A DNA stretch of 64,000 nt from Patescibacteria group bacterium (lineage in GTDB: Bacteria; Patescibacteriota; UBA1384; UBA12157; JAENIV01): assembly GCA_023485405.1 (NCBI GenBank), contig JAMCZU010000032.1:400-64399 (forward strand), in the 5' to 3' direction. Positions 38,338 through 48,079 of the stretch are shown here, piece by piece. The stretch's first letter is position 1. Every line of letters begins with the position of its first letter. The notes under the pieces were generated by a model. That model was not told where the DNA came from. It saw only the letters and a program-made list of their open reading frames with translations, and did not search any database. Made by a program: the position numbers and the translations under genes.

Positions 38338-39945
38338 CTATTCTTCAATATCAAAAACTTCCTTGGCGCCGTTTAAGAGTTCTTCTTCACTGTCAGTCGG
38401 TTTTCTAACCACTAACGCAGGGTCAACCACACAGTTAAGTTTATAATTAGTACCCGTATTTTTTTGAATGATGCCTTCAATAATTTGCGTATTGCGCTTG
38501 CCAGAGATCATGTCGGCATGAAATTTAAATTTAAAAGCTAAGGTGATAGTGTCATCTTGGGTTTCGGCTAAAACCGCATCTTTTAAAAGGGCAGATAAAG
38601 AATGATTATGAGCTTTGGCACCTTTAATAATTTCTTGCCAGAGATCTTGATTGAAGTTTTTTTTCTTAGCCTCGGGTCGTCCCTCACTCTCGGGCTCCCT
38701 AACCAACCTATTCCCTCGCTCCGCTCGGTCAACCGCCACTTCGTTCAGGACATCCCCTCGGCTATTAACATTTTTCTCTTCTATTTTTACATTTTCATTC
38801 AGAATTCTGAATTCTGAATTCTGAATTCCCTTTGTAAACTCAAAAACAATCATTTCGAGTGGCAACTGTGGCAAAGAGGCTGATTTAATTTGCGGTAAAG
38901 CTAGAGCGAATTTTTCGATCATTTTCATTAAAAAATTTACTTCAAACATCTCAGCTATTTTTTTTACTTTGTCCTGCTCTTCTTGGGTTAAATCAAAAAG
39001 TTGATCTTCTCCCAATTTCCACAAAGCAATTTTTCGCAAAACCTCAATCAATTTAATGGTAAAATTTTCAAAATCAACACCCTGCAAATGAAGTTTTGAA
39101 ATAAGTTCAAAAGCTAATTTTCGATTTCCCGCGGCGAGTGCTTCGGAAAAATCAAAAACACTTTTATCTTGGGCCAAACCTAAAATTTGTTGAATTTGTT
39201 CGAGGGTAATATTGGAAGCGGCTGTTTTTCTAATTGACGAAATTTGGCCAAACAGAGATAGAGCATCCCTGTACGAGCCAGCTGCCAGTTGTGACAAGAG
39301 GCCAATGGCCTCGTCATCAATCTTAATTCCTTCCACTTGAGCCACCTTTTTAAGTAATTTTTTTAGTTCCTCTAAATCCGCCCGACGAAAATCAAATCTT
39401 TGAACACGAGATAAAATCGTTGGCAAAATCTTTTGCGGTTCAGTGGTCGCCATAATAAAAATGGCATGAATAGGTGGTTCTTCTAAAGTTTTAAGAAGTG
39501 CATTAAAAGCCTCCTTGGTTAACATATGGACTTCGTCAATAATGTAGATCTTATAATTTGATTTGGTCGGCGCAAAACGAATTTTTTCCCGCAAGTCTCT
39601 AATTTCGTCAATGCCTCGATTAGAAGCGGCATCAATTTCAATCAAATCCAATGATTTTCCAAGTGTTATTTCTTTGCAAGTTGAACATTTATTACAAGGC
39701 TCGTATGAATCTTTTGCCAAAACTCTGCCCGTGCAATTTAAAGCTTTAGCCATAATTCGGGCTAGTGTTGTTTTTCCCGAACCCCTCGGTCCCGCAAATA
39801 AATAACCATGCGAAAAATCTCCTGACGAAAGAGCATTGGTCAAGGTTTGAACAATATGTTCCTGCCCCATAATATCAGCAAATTTTTGTGGTCTAAATTT
39901 TCGATAAAAAACCATACACGCTCCCTTAGGTCGCTTAATTTTCAA
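38338..39945 (-). CDS. dnaX: DNA polymerase III subunit gamma/tau; start probably the internal MVFYRKFRPQ Met
   Basis: GPRGSGKTTLARIMAKALNC Walker A; Zn module CNKCSTCKEI; SRVQRF sensor. Confidence 0.9.
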   Translation of the reverse strand: MKIKRPKGACMVFYRKFRPQKFADIMGQEHIVQTLTNALSSGDFSHGYLFAGPRGSGKTTLARIMAKALNCTGRVLAKDSYEPCNKCSTCKEITLGKSLDLIEIDAASNRGIDEIRDLREKIRFAPTKSNYKIYIIDEVHMLTKEAFNALLKTLEEPPIHAIFIMATTEPQKILPTILSRVQRFDFRRADLEELKKLLKKVAQVEGIKIDDEAIGLLSQLAAGSYRDALSLFGQISSIRKTAASNITLEQIQQILGLAQDKSVFDFSEALAAGNRKLAFELISKLHLQGVDFENFTIKLIEVLRKIALWKLGEDQLFDLTQEEQDKVKKIAEMFEVNFLMKMIEKFALALPQIKSASLPQLPLEMIVFEFTKGIQNSEFRILNENVKIEEKNVNSRGDVLNEVAVDRAERGNRLVREPESEGRPEAKKKNFNQDLWQEIIKGAKAHNHSLSALLKDAVLAETQDDTITLAFKFKFHADMISGKRNTQIIEGIIQKNTGTNYKLNCVVDPALVVRKPTDSEEELLNGAKEVFDIEE

Positions 39946-40115
39946 TTTTTAATTTTAAATTTTTATTGAATTTTAAAATTCGAATTTTGAATTTGATTTT
40001 AAATTTGAAATTTATAATTTAATCATTTTTACTATATTCTATTTTAGTAAAAACACAAATTATGCTACAATGTGGATAACAAGTTAGAAGCAGGCATAAA
40101 GATGTTGGAGGGGTT

Positions 40116-41990
40116 TTGACATCAACAGATTTAAAAAGAGCGATTGCTCAAAAAACAGCTATTCCACCAGAAGTAGTCGCTAAAACTCTTGATATTATTC
40201 AACAAACTATCAGTACCGAACTTTCGACCGGCCGAAGTGTTAATTTCCCAGGCTTTGGTAATTTTGTTTTAATTAAATATCCGCCCAGAACAATTAAAGA
40301 TGTTCGTAACCCCGCTAAAACTTATCTTTCTTTAGAAAAGAATAAAGCAAAATTCAGGCCAAGTCTTGACTTTAAAAAAGAGCTTCTTGAAAAACCAACG
40401 CCGCCAAAACAAGATACCACTCCAGAAAAAGAAAATAATTCTTTTGATCAGACAATTAATGTTTGTTATGTTGATTTATCGAAAACCACTGTGCCGAAAA
40501 AAATCTTAAATTTATTGCCGGAACACATCGCCCGTCATTATCAAATCGTTCCATTAGAAGAAAAAAATAACAAAATAGTAGTGGCAATGATTGATCCAGA
40601 AGATCGCGAAGCAATTGAATTTGTCAAAAAGAAGACGGGGATGGATCTAGATATTCGACTTTGCACTCAAGCAGATTTAAATCATGTTTTAGAACAGTAT
40701 TCGGCTGTTTCAGGCGAACTTAAGAAAATTATTGAATCCGCTGAAGAAGACGAGGAAATACCCACTCAAAAAGGACCAAGCAAAGAAAAAGTTGAAGAAA
40801 TCACTGAAACTGCCCCGGCCGCTAAAATTGTTCAATCACTGATTAAAAGAGCGGTTCGGGAAAAAGCTTCTGATATCCACATTGAACCTCAAGAAGAAGA
40901 AATTATTGTTCGATTTCGCGAAGACGGTATTTTAAAAGAAATCATTAAACTACCTAAAGAAATTCAAAGTGGTATTTCTTCACGAATTAAAATTCTTTCG
41001 GATATGAAAATTGACGAAACAAGATTGCCCCAAGATGGTCGCTTTCAAACTGTGCTTGATGGTGCCGAAGTTGATTTTCGCGTTTCCACTTTACCTACCG
41101 TCAACGGCGAAAAGGTAGTCATGAGAATTCTAGATAAATCAGCCGGTATTTTAACTCTGGAACAATTGGGACTGCGCGGCAGCGCTTTTGTCACACTTGA
41201 AGATAATATCCACAAAGCGCATGGGATGGTGTTAGTGACTGGCCCAACTGGTTCAGGTAAAACCACAACTCTATACGCTGTGATTGATAAAATCCAAAGT
41301 GTCGGGATAAATATTGTCACCTTGGAAGATCCGGTTGAGTACCGCATGCCTCGAGTTAATCAATCTCAAGTTTATACCAAAATCAATTTTACTTTTGCTA
41401 ACGGTCTTCGCTCGATTGTCCGTCAAGATCCAGATGTGATTATGATTGGGGAAATTCGAGACTACGAAACAGCCGATATGGCTATTCATGCCGCACTAAC
41501 GGGACATGTTGTTTTGTCAACCTTGCATACGAACGACGCCGCTGGTGCTATTCCTCGAATGATGGATATGAAAATTGAGCCATTTTTGATTAATTCATCG
41601 GTAAATTGTATTGTGGCGCAACGACTTTGCCGCCGGATTTGCGATAATTGCAAGGAAGAAATGACGGTTGACTCTTCTGAACAAAAACTGGCCGAAGAAG
41701 AACTAAAAAAAATGCCCGAAAAAGAAAAAAGACCAGAAAAAATTCAATTTTTCCACGGCAAAGGCTGCGAAAATTGTAATGGCACAGGTTACAAAGGCCG
41801 GATTGGTATTTTTGAAGTTTTTGATTTGAAAGATAATTTGAAAGAATTAGTTGCCAAACGGGCGTCAGGCACAATTTTAGGCCAAGAAGCCATTAAAAAC
41901 GGGATGGTGACAATGAAACAAGACGGTTTTTTAAAAGTAGTAGATGGCTTAACAACACTCGAGGAAGTCTGGCGAGTGACTAAAGACTAA
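40116..41990 (+). CDS. pilB: type IV pilus assembly ATPase PilB/GspE with an N-terminal HU/IHF-like DNA-binding domain; TTG start
   Basis: residues ~3-90 match the HU fold (GFGNFVL…RNPAKTY…KAKFRPSLDFKKEL); then GSPII_E N domain, Walker A VLVTGPTGSGKTTTLYA, and tetra-Cys CRRICDNC…CENCNGTGYKGR. Confidence 0.85.
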   Translation: MTSTDLKRAIAQKTAIPPEVVAKTLDIIQQTISTELSTGRSVNFPGFGNFVLIKYPPRTIKDVRNPAKTYLSLEKNKAKFRPSLDFKKELLEKPTPPKQDTTPEKENNSFDQTINVCYVDLSKTTVPKKILNLLPEHIARHYQIVPLEEKNNKIVVAMIDPEDREAIEFVKKKTGMDLDIRLCTQADLNHVLEQYSAVSGELKKIIESAEEDEEIPTQKGPSKEKVEEITETAPAAKIVQSLIKRAVREKASDIHIEPQEEEIIVRFREDGILKEIIKLPKEIQSGISSRIKILSDMKIDETRLPQDGRFQTVLDGAEVDFRVSTLPTVNGEKVVMRILDKSAGILTLEQLGLRGSAFVTLEDNIHKAHGMVLVTGPTGSGKTTTLYAVIDKIQSVGINIVTLEDPVEYRMPRVNQSQVYTKINFTFANGLRSIVRQDPDVIMIGEIRDYETADMAIHAALTGHVVLSTLHTNDAAGAIPRMMDMKIEPFLINSSVNCIVAQRLCRRICDNCKEEMTVDSSEQKLAEEELKKMPEKEKRPEKIQFFHGKGCENCNGTGYKGRIGIFEVFDLKDNLKELVAKRASGTILGQEAIKNGMVTMKQDGFLKVVDGLTTLEEVWRVTKD

Positions 41991-42001
41991 AAAGAGGTAT
42001 A

Positions 42002-43219
42002 ATGAAATTTATTTACAACGCAAAAAGTTCTAAAGGAGAAATTCAAAATGGCAATCTGGAAGCGCCGAACGAGACGGCAGCGGCCAAAATGCTTCAAGAG
42101 CAAGGACTTTTTGTTTTAAATTTAGCCAAAGAAGGGGAAAATAAACTGACCCAAAAAGGAAATATTAAAATTCCCTTTTTGTCAGACCGAGTCAGCTTAA
42201 AAGACAAAATTATTTTTACGCAGCAATTAGCAATGATGGTCAAATCTGGCCTGCCGCTGATTGATGCTTTTGGCGCTTTAAAAGAACAAACCGAAAATAA
42301 ATATTTCGCCGGGGTGATTGCTGACCTAGCCGAAAATGTCCGCGGCGGCAAAACATTTTCAGGAAGCCTTTTAAAATACCCCAAGATTTTTTCTAATTTT
42401 TATATTGCGATGATTTCTTCTGGTGAAAAAAGCGGTAAATTAGACGAGGTTTTAGGGAGATTAGCCGAAGAATTAGAAAAAGATTACGAACTTATCTCTA
42501 AAGTTAAAGCGGCAATTACTTATCCAATTTTAATCGTTTTCGCCTTGATTGGTATTATTATTTTAATGCTAATTTTTGTCGTGCCACAGCTTAAAAAAAT
42601 ATTTTCGGATATAGGTGTAGAATTACCTTTGATTACTAGAATAATTCTAGGCAGCAGCGACACAATGATTAAGTATTGGTATTTATTTTTAATTGGTCTA
42701 ATTGGTTTGGCTGTTGGTTTACGTTTTTACGGTAAAACCACCAAAGGTGGCTTAGTACTTGATAGCCTTAAAATTAAAGTGCCGGTGATTGGGAAACTTT
42801 TTCGTAAAATTTATATGGCTAGATTTTGCCGTACCGCTGGTTCACTGGTTGTTTCAGGACTGCCTATTCTAGATATTATTAAAACTACTTCCAAAGTTTT
42901 AGGAAATCGTGTTTATCAAGTGGCTTTAGAAAAAACTGGTGAAGATGTTAAAAATGGTCTGACTTTTTCGTCGGCGCTTAAAAAACAAAAAATATTTCCG
43001 GCCATGATTTATCATCTTGTTTCCATCGGTGAAAAAAGCGGTAAATTAGACGAAATATTATTGACGATGGCCGTTTTCTTTGATCGTGAAGTTGAAGCCA
43101 CCACCAACAGTTTAGCCAGTTTAATTGAGCCAATTCTAATTATTATTGTCGGTGCTGGTGTTGGTTTAGTGGTTGCTTCGGTGATTATGCCAATTTATTC
43201 ATTAGTCAATGTAATATAA
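42002..43219 (+). CDS. pilC: type IV pilus platform protein PilC (GspF family)
   Basis: two T2SF repeats, each with three TM segments. Confidence 0.9.
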   Translation: MKFIYNAKSSKGEIQNGNLEAPNETAAAKMLQEQGLFVLNLAKEGENKLTQKGNIKIPFLSDRVSLKDKIIFTQQLAMMVKSGLPLIDAFGALKEQTENKYFAGVIADLAENVRGGKTFSGSLLKYPKIFSNFYIAMISSGEKSGKLDEVLGRLAEELEKDYELISKVKAAITYPILIVFALIGIIILMLIFVVPQLKKIFSDIGVELPLITRIILGSSDTMIKYWYLFLIGLIGLAVGLRFYGKTTKGGLVLDSLKIKVPVIGKLFRKIYMARFCRTAGSLVVSGLPILDIIKTTSKVLGNRVYQVALEKTGEDVKNGLTFSSALKKQKIFPAMIYHLVSIGEKSGKLDEILLTMAVFFDREVEATTNSLASLIEPILIIIVGAGVGLVVASVIMPIYSLVNVI

Positions 43220-43222
43220 AAT

Positions 43223-44584
43223 ATGAAAAAAGGATTTACTTTAATTGAAGGGATTATTGTTGTTTTTGTTTTGTCGTTGGTGGCCTTGGCTATAATGACC
43301 GCTTATATTGGTGTTTATAAATCAATTGATTTGGCCAAAGCTAAAATTACGGCTGTTTCGATCGCCAATGAAAAAATGGAAATTCTAAGAAATATGCCTT
43401 ACGACAGTTTAGCCACAGTCCATGGACCAATTTTACCACAAGGTAGTATTCTTGATGACGAAACGGTTACTAGTTCAGGCAAAACCTTTAATGTTCATAC
43501 GGACATTAAATACGTTGATGATCCTTTCGATGGTCTGTTGCCAATTGATATCTATCCTTATGACTATAAAAAAGCCGAGATTACCGTCACTTCCACCAAA
43601 TATAATACCCGGCTGGCGCAACTTTCGACTAATATTGCCGCCAAAGCCGCCGAAACACCTTCTAACACTGGTATTATTAAAATCTGTGTCATTGATGTCG
43701 CCAATCTTCCAGTTGTCGGTGCCACTATTACCATTACCAATACCACGCTGACACCAACGGTTAATGTCACCACCACCACTGGTTCAGACGGCTGTGTGAT
43801 GGTACCAAAATTACCACCTGACAATAACAATAATTACCACTTGACCGCCACCAAAGATGGCTATTCAACTGATATGACTTATCCTCGAACCGCTCAAAAT
43901 CCCAATGAACCTTTGGCAGATGTTGATGTTTACGCCCAGCAAGTCACCAGTCAAACTTTTGTCATTGACCGTCTTGCCAATCTGACACTGCATTTTAGTA
44001 ATCCCGTTACTTTTACTTTACAAGGCAGTAAAAAAATGTACTTTAATCCCGTCACTTATAAATATTCTCAAACTTTTACCACTGATAGTGGTGGCAACAT
44101 TACCCTTAACAATTTGGAATTTGATAATTACCGAATAATTAATACTTCTTCGCCTTATTTTGTGGTCACCACCTCACCTCTTCGATCAGTTAATGTGGAA
44201 GGTCTTTGGTATTTTTATTTGGCCCCAGCTGCTAATTTAACCGTTCAGGTTAATTTAGCGTCAACAGGAAGTAATCCGTCAATTTATAACTATTTACCTT
44301 TAAGTGGTCAAGTTGGCAGTACGGTCAATATTGCCGTCAATGGTGGTAATATTCAAAATAACGCTTCAATTAAACTTCATAAAACAATTATGACGTATGT
44401 TGGTTCAACTCAAGTACCTCAAGATATCGAAATTGTGGGTACCAATATCACTGTTACGCCTCAAAATCAAATAATTGCTGACTTTAATTTAACGGGGGCC
44501 GAGTTAGGTAGTTGGGACCTAATAATCACTAATCCCAACACAGAAAGTGTGATTCAGACAAATGGCTTTGAAGTTACAAATTAA
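43223..44584 (+). CDS. large prepilin-like protein (N-terminal methylation motif plus beta-rich C-terminal domains)
   Basis: MKKGFTLIEGIIVVFVLSLVALAI; Thr/Val-rich Ig-like C-terminus. Confidence 0.6.
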   Translation: MKKGFTLIEGIIVVFVLSLVALAIMTAYIGVYKSIDLAKAKITAVSIANEKMEILRNMPYDSLATVHGPILPQGSILDDETVTSSGKTFNVHTDIKYVDDPFDGLLPIDIYPYDYKKAEITVTSTKYNTRLAQLSTNIAAKAAETPSNTGIIKICVIDVANLPVVGATITITNTTLTPTVNVTTTTGSDGCVMVPKLPPDNNNNYHLTATKDGYSTDMTYPRTAQNPNEPLADVDVYAQQVTSQTFVIDRLANLTLHFSNPVTFTLQGSKKMYFNPVTYKYSQTFTTDSGGNITLNNLEFDNYRIINTSSPYFVVTTSPLRSVNVEGLWYFYLAPAANLTVQVNLASTGSNPSIYNYLPLSGQVGSTVNIAVNGGNIQNNASIKLHKTIMTYVGSTQVPQDIEIVGTNITVTPQNQIIADFNLTGAELGSWDLIITNPNTESVIQTNGFEVTN

Positions 44585-45155
44585 AAAATATGACGGTTTT
44601 AGCCTAATGGAATTAATGGTAACAATTACGATTTTAATATTGATGAGTACGGCTTTTATGGTTTTATTTAGTAATGGCTACAAAACATATAGATACAACC
44701 GAGAGATGATTGGTAGCGCCGAACAAGCCGCCATTGGCATCAGAGCCTTTGAAAAAACTGCCCGCGGCGCGACCAATATTACTGAGGCCGCCAATAATCT
44801 TTTGACTTTCTTGGCTTATCAAAAAGGCGATAATTATCCGGCGCCCAGTAAAATTAGTTTTTACCTGACCGGCGCTAGCTTCTACAAATCAGTTATTCCT
44901 CCTACTCCTTCGGGCTCAACTTACATTTATCAAGATGCGGACAAAGTTGTCACCCTTATCACTGATCACGTCAGCAGTCAAAACATGTTTTCATATTATA
45001 ATGAAGCCGGAACATTGCTTTCGATGCCACCGGCTAAAGAGGCAATTAAAATGATTAATTTTTCTATCACCATTGATTTAGATCCGGCCCAAGCACCAAA
45101 TGGTGTCAACCAATCAACAAAAGTAGAACTTCGAAATTTAAAGACAAATCTTTAA
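44562..45155 (+). CDS. minor pilin/pseudopilin
   Basis: DG|FSLMELMVTITILILM prepilin cleavage/methylation motif. Confidence 0.6.
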   Translation: MALKLQIKKYDGFSLMELMVTITILILMSTAFMVLFSNGYKTYRYNREMIGSAEQAAIGIRAFEKTARGATNITEAANNLLTFLAYQKGDNYPAPSKISFYLTGASFYKSVIPPTPSGSTYIYQDADKVVTLITDHVSSQNMFSYYNEAGTLLSMPPAKEAIKMINFSITIDLDPAQAPNGVNQSTKVELRNLKTNL

Positions 45156-45156
45156 A

Positions 45157-46506
45157 ATGAAAATTAAAATAAATAAATTAAAATCAAAACACAAAGGTTC
45201 TCTTTTGCCATTGGTTTTAATCGCTTCATTTTTATTTATTGCTTTTGCTTATGCTCTAGTGGCCATTGCCATGAGTAATGTTAATACCGCTCGCTACCAC
45301 GAAAAAACTGTCTCCGCCCTAGAAGTCGCTGAAGCAGGCATCAATTATTATATGTGGCATTTGTCGCATTCTAACACCGATTACTGTGACGGCCAAACTT
45401 GCCCTGCGGGGTCACCTTACGGTCCTTACGTTCATAATTACCAAACAGAAAATGGCAGTATTATTGGTCAATACACCCTTACCATTACCCCACCCGCACC
45501 TGGCGATGCCATTGTTACAGTTAAATCGGTTGGTAAAATTAATGGCTCAAGTGCTAACCGAACCGTTGTGGCTGAAGTAGGAATGCCTTCTTTTGCTCGC
45601 TACGCATTTCTGACTGCCACCGAAGCATGGTTTGGTGACACCGAAACAACCAACGGACCGGTTCACTCTAATATTGGCATTCATTTTGACGGCACCGCTA
45701 ATGGGGTGGTTTCATCCTCATCAACAACTTATGTTCCTTCAACCAGTTTTGGCGGCGATGGTCATACTTCTCACAACGGTGTCTGGGGCAACGGTGGCCC
45801 AACTGGTTATTGGACTTTTCCCGTGCCAACAGTAGATTTTGGCCATGTCTCGGTTGATTTAACTACTTTAAAAAGTAAAGCCGGTAATGGTGGTATACTT
45901 CTTGGTAAAACAACGGGAGGTAATATTGGTTACTATTTAAAACTTAAGCCTAATAACACGATTGAAGTTTATTATGTTACCAGAGAAAGAACTTCTGGCA
46001 TTGCAATTAGTTCTCTTGTAGAAACTCGCAATGCACCGATCAATGGTGTTGTTTATGTTTCAGACAACATTTGGGTTGATGGTACTTATAACGCACCAAT
46101 CACTATTGCTGCTGTCGCCGATTCCGGCCAATACGCTAAAATTAAAATCAAAGACAATCTTCTTTATTCAACTAAAAACGGTTCAGTTAAAATTGGCTTA
46201 ATTGCTAAAGGTAATATTGAAGTGCCCCAATATGCTAACACTAATTTAGAAATTGATGCGGCTTTACTTTCACAAAACGGTCATGTTTGGTACCCACAAG
46301 CTGGTGGAGTTAAAAACAGTATCACTATTTATGGTTCAGTTTCATCTTTTGATTATTGGACATGGTCTTGGGTTAGTGGTGGCGGTACTGTTACCTCCGG
46401 CTACCAAACAACAACCCAAACCTACGATCAAAATTTAACTTTAGGACCACCGCCCCAGTTTCCGACTACCGGCAGCTATACCATTTTAACTTGGAAAGAA
46501 GAATGA
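45157..46506 (+). CDS. PilX-like pilus assembly protein
   Basis: N-terminal TM followed by ...NVNTARYHEKTVSALEVAEAGINYY (PilX_N-like). Confidence 0.5.
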   Translation: MKIKINKLKSKHKGSLLPLVLIASFLFIAFAYALVAIAMSNVNTARYHEKTVSALEVAEAGINYYMWHLSHSNTDYCDGQTCPAGSPYGPYVHNYQTENGSIIGQYTLTITPPAPGDAIVTVKSVGKINGSSANRTVVAEVGMPSFARYAFLTATEAWFGDTETTNGPVHSNIGIHFDGTANGVVSSSSTTYVPSTSFGGDGHTSHNGVWGNGGPTGYWTFPVPTVDFGHVSVDLTTLKSKAGNGGILLGKTTGGNIGYYLKLKPNNTIEVYYVTRERTSGIAISSLVETRNAPINGVVYVSDNIWVDGTYNAPITIAAVADSGQYAKIKIKDNLLYSTKNGSVKIGLIAKGNIEVPQYANTNLEIDAALLSQNGHVWYPQAGGVKNSITIYGSVSSFDYWTWSWVSGGGTVTSGYQTTTQTYDQNLTLGPPPQFPTTGSYTILTWKEE

Positions 46507-46536
46507 TATAATATAGTAAAGAAGAAATAAGGCTAA

Positions 46537-46580
46537 GCTCGCCTTCGGCGAGCCGCCCGATTCCGATGTAACATCGGAAT
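46537..46580 (+). promoter_or_regulatory. two tandem intra-operon hairpins between pilX-like and pilM (UUCG tetraloop stem; 9-bp stem attccgatg-taa-catcggaat)
   Basis: gctcgcc-ttcg-gcgagc and attccgatg-taa-catcggaat lie just before the SD gggagaggg and the pilM ATG. Confidence 0.35.
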
Positions 46581-46592
46581 TTAGGGAGAGGG

Positions 46593-47519
46593 ATGTACGA
46601 ATCAGTCTTGGGATTTAAAAAACCTATCCTAGGTTTAGATATTGGTTATAAAACTTTAAAAGTAATGCAACTTCGTGGCGATGGCCCCGGATCCAGTCTT
46701 TTAGGTGTGGCGGAAATTCAAATTCCTCCTAGAAGTTTGGGTAAAGAAGGTATTAAAGAAAAAGAAGCCATTGCCAAAGCAATTACCAATGCAATGCTTA
46801 GTGCTAAGCCACACTCAATCACCGCTAAAATTGTTTCTTCAGCTCTACCAGAATCATTAGTTTTTACCAAATCAGTTGATTTGCCAACAATGACTCCTCA
46901 AGAAATAAACAAAAATATTCCTTATCAAGCCGGTGAATTTTTCCCTATCCCGCCCAGTGAAACTTATATGGATTGGCAAGTAGTCGGAGAACTTCCTGGT
47001 ACAAACACCACTGATGTTTTGGTCGTCGCCGCTCCTAAAATAATTATTGATTCATTCGCCGAAACGATCAAAATGGCCGGATTAGAATTAATGAGTTTAG
47101 AAACCAAACCAGTAGCTGATGTCAGGGCTTTAATTTCAGGAAGTGACAGAGGACCTTATTTGATCTTAGATCTCGGCGCCAAAACATCGAGTCTTACCTG
47201 TTATGATCAAGGCACGGTTAAACTGACTTCGACAATTTCGATCGGCGGCGACGATTTGACAAATGATTTCCAACCAAATTTAAAAAATATGGTAACTGAA
47301 ATTATTCATTTTGCCAAGTATTATCAAAATCGTATTGGACAAGCAACTATTTTTCATAAAATTATTTTAGCTGGCGGTGGTGCCAATACCAACGGCCTGA
47401 GGAAAACACTGGAAGATGCCACGCGAATAAAAACAGAAATTACTTGGCCAATCATTAAAACAAAAACCTATAATCCTAAATACGCCACCGTCATAGGATT
47501 AGCGATGAAAAGAATATGA
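46593..47519 (+). CDS. pilM: type IV pilus assembly protein PilM (actin-like ATPase fold)
   Basis: ILGLDIGYKTLKVMQL N-terminal phosphate-1 motif; ~310 aa. Confidence 0.85.
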   Translation: MYESVLGFKKPILGLDIGYKTLKVMQLRGDGPGSSLLGVAEIQIPPRSLGKEGIKEKEAIAKAITNAMLSAKPHSITAKIVSSALPESLVFTKSVDLPTMTPQEINKNIPYQAGEFFPIPPSETYMDWQVVGELPGTNTTDVLVVAAPKIIIDSFAETIKMAGLELMSLETKPVADVRALISGSDRGPYLILDLGAKTSSLTCYDQGTVKLTSTISIGGDDLTNDFQPNLKNMVTEIIHFAKYYQNRIGQATIFHKIILAGGGANTNGLRKTLEDATRIKTEITWPIIKTKTYNPKYATVIGLAMKRI

Positions 47520-48079
47520 TAAATATTAATTTACTTCCCCCGGAATTAAAATTGCAAAGGATCGCCGCCAAAAGAAATGCTTCTCTTATCAGTATTTGTA
47601 TTGTGGCTGTTTTAATTGTGGCTATCTTGGGTATTATTAGCCAATCATTAAAGTCAACGGTTGAAACATATCTTAGTAGTACTAAAAATAATATCAAAAA
47701 AGAATCCGATCAAATTGATCAATACCAGGAGCTTCAAGATCTAGCCTTATTTACTAATGACCGTTGGCAGACAACCCAAGAAATTGAAAAAAATCATGTT
47801 TACTGGTCTCAAGTTCTCCAAGAACTAAGTAACTGTGCCCCCACCGATGTTCAATTCGAAAACTTAGTGGCTAACAGTGAAAAATCGCCTAATTTTATTC
47901 TTCAAGGAAATACCACCACTGAAAGAGAAATTATTAAATTTAAAGATAAATTGGAAGCTTCGCCATTTTTCAAAAACATTGCTTTTAAAAGTTCAAGTCT
48001 TTCCACCGATCAAGCTACTACCAATCAAAAATTAAAATTTACTTTAGAATTTGATTTAGAACAGAAGAAAGTTGAATGA
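47516..48079 (+). CDS. pilN: PilN
   Basis: INLLPPELKLQR followed by a single TM. Confidence 0.75.
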   Translation: MININLLPPELKLQRIAAKRNASLISICIVAVLIVAILGIISQSLKSTVETYLSSTKNNIKKESDQIDQYQELQDLALFTNDRWQTTQEIEKNHVYWSQVLQELSNCAPTDVQFENLVANSEKSPNFILQGNTTTEREIIKFKDKLEASPFFKNIAFKSSSLSTDQATTNQKLKFTLEFDLEQKKVE

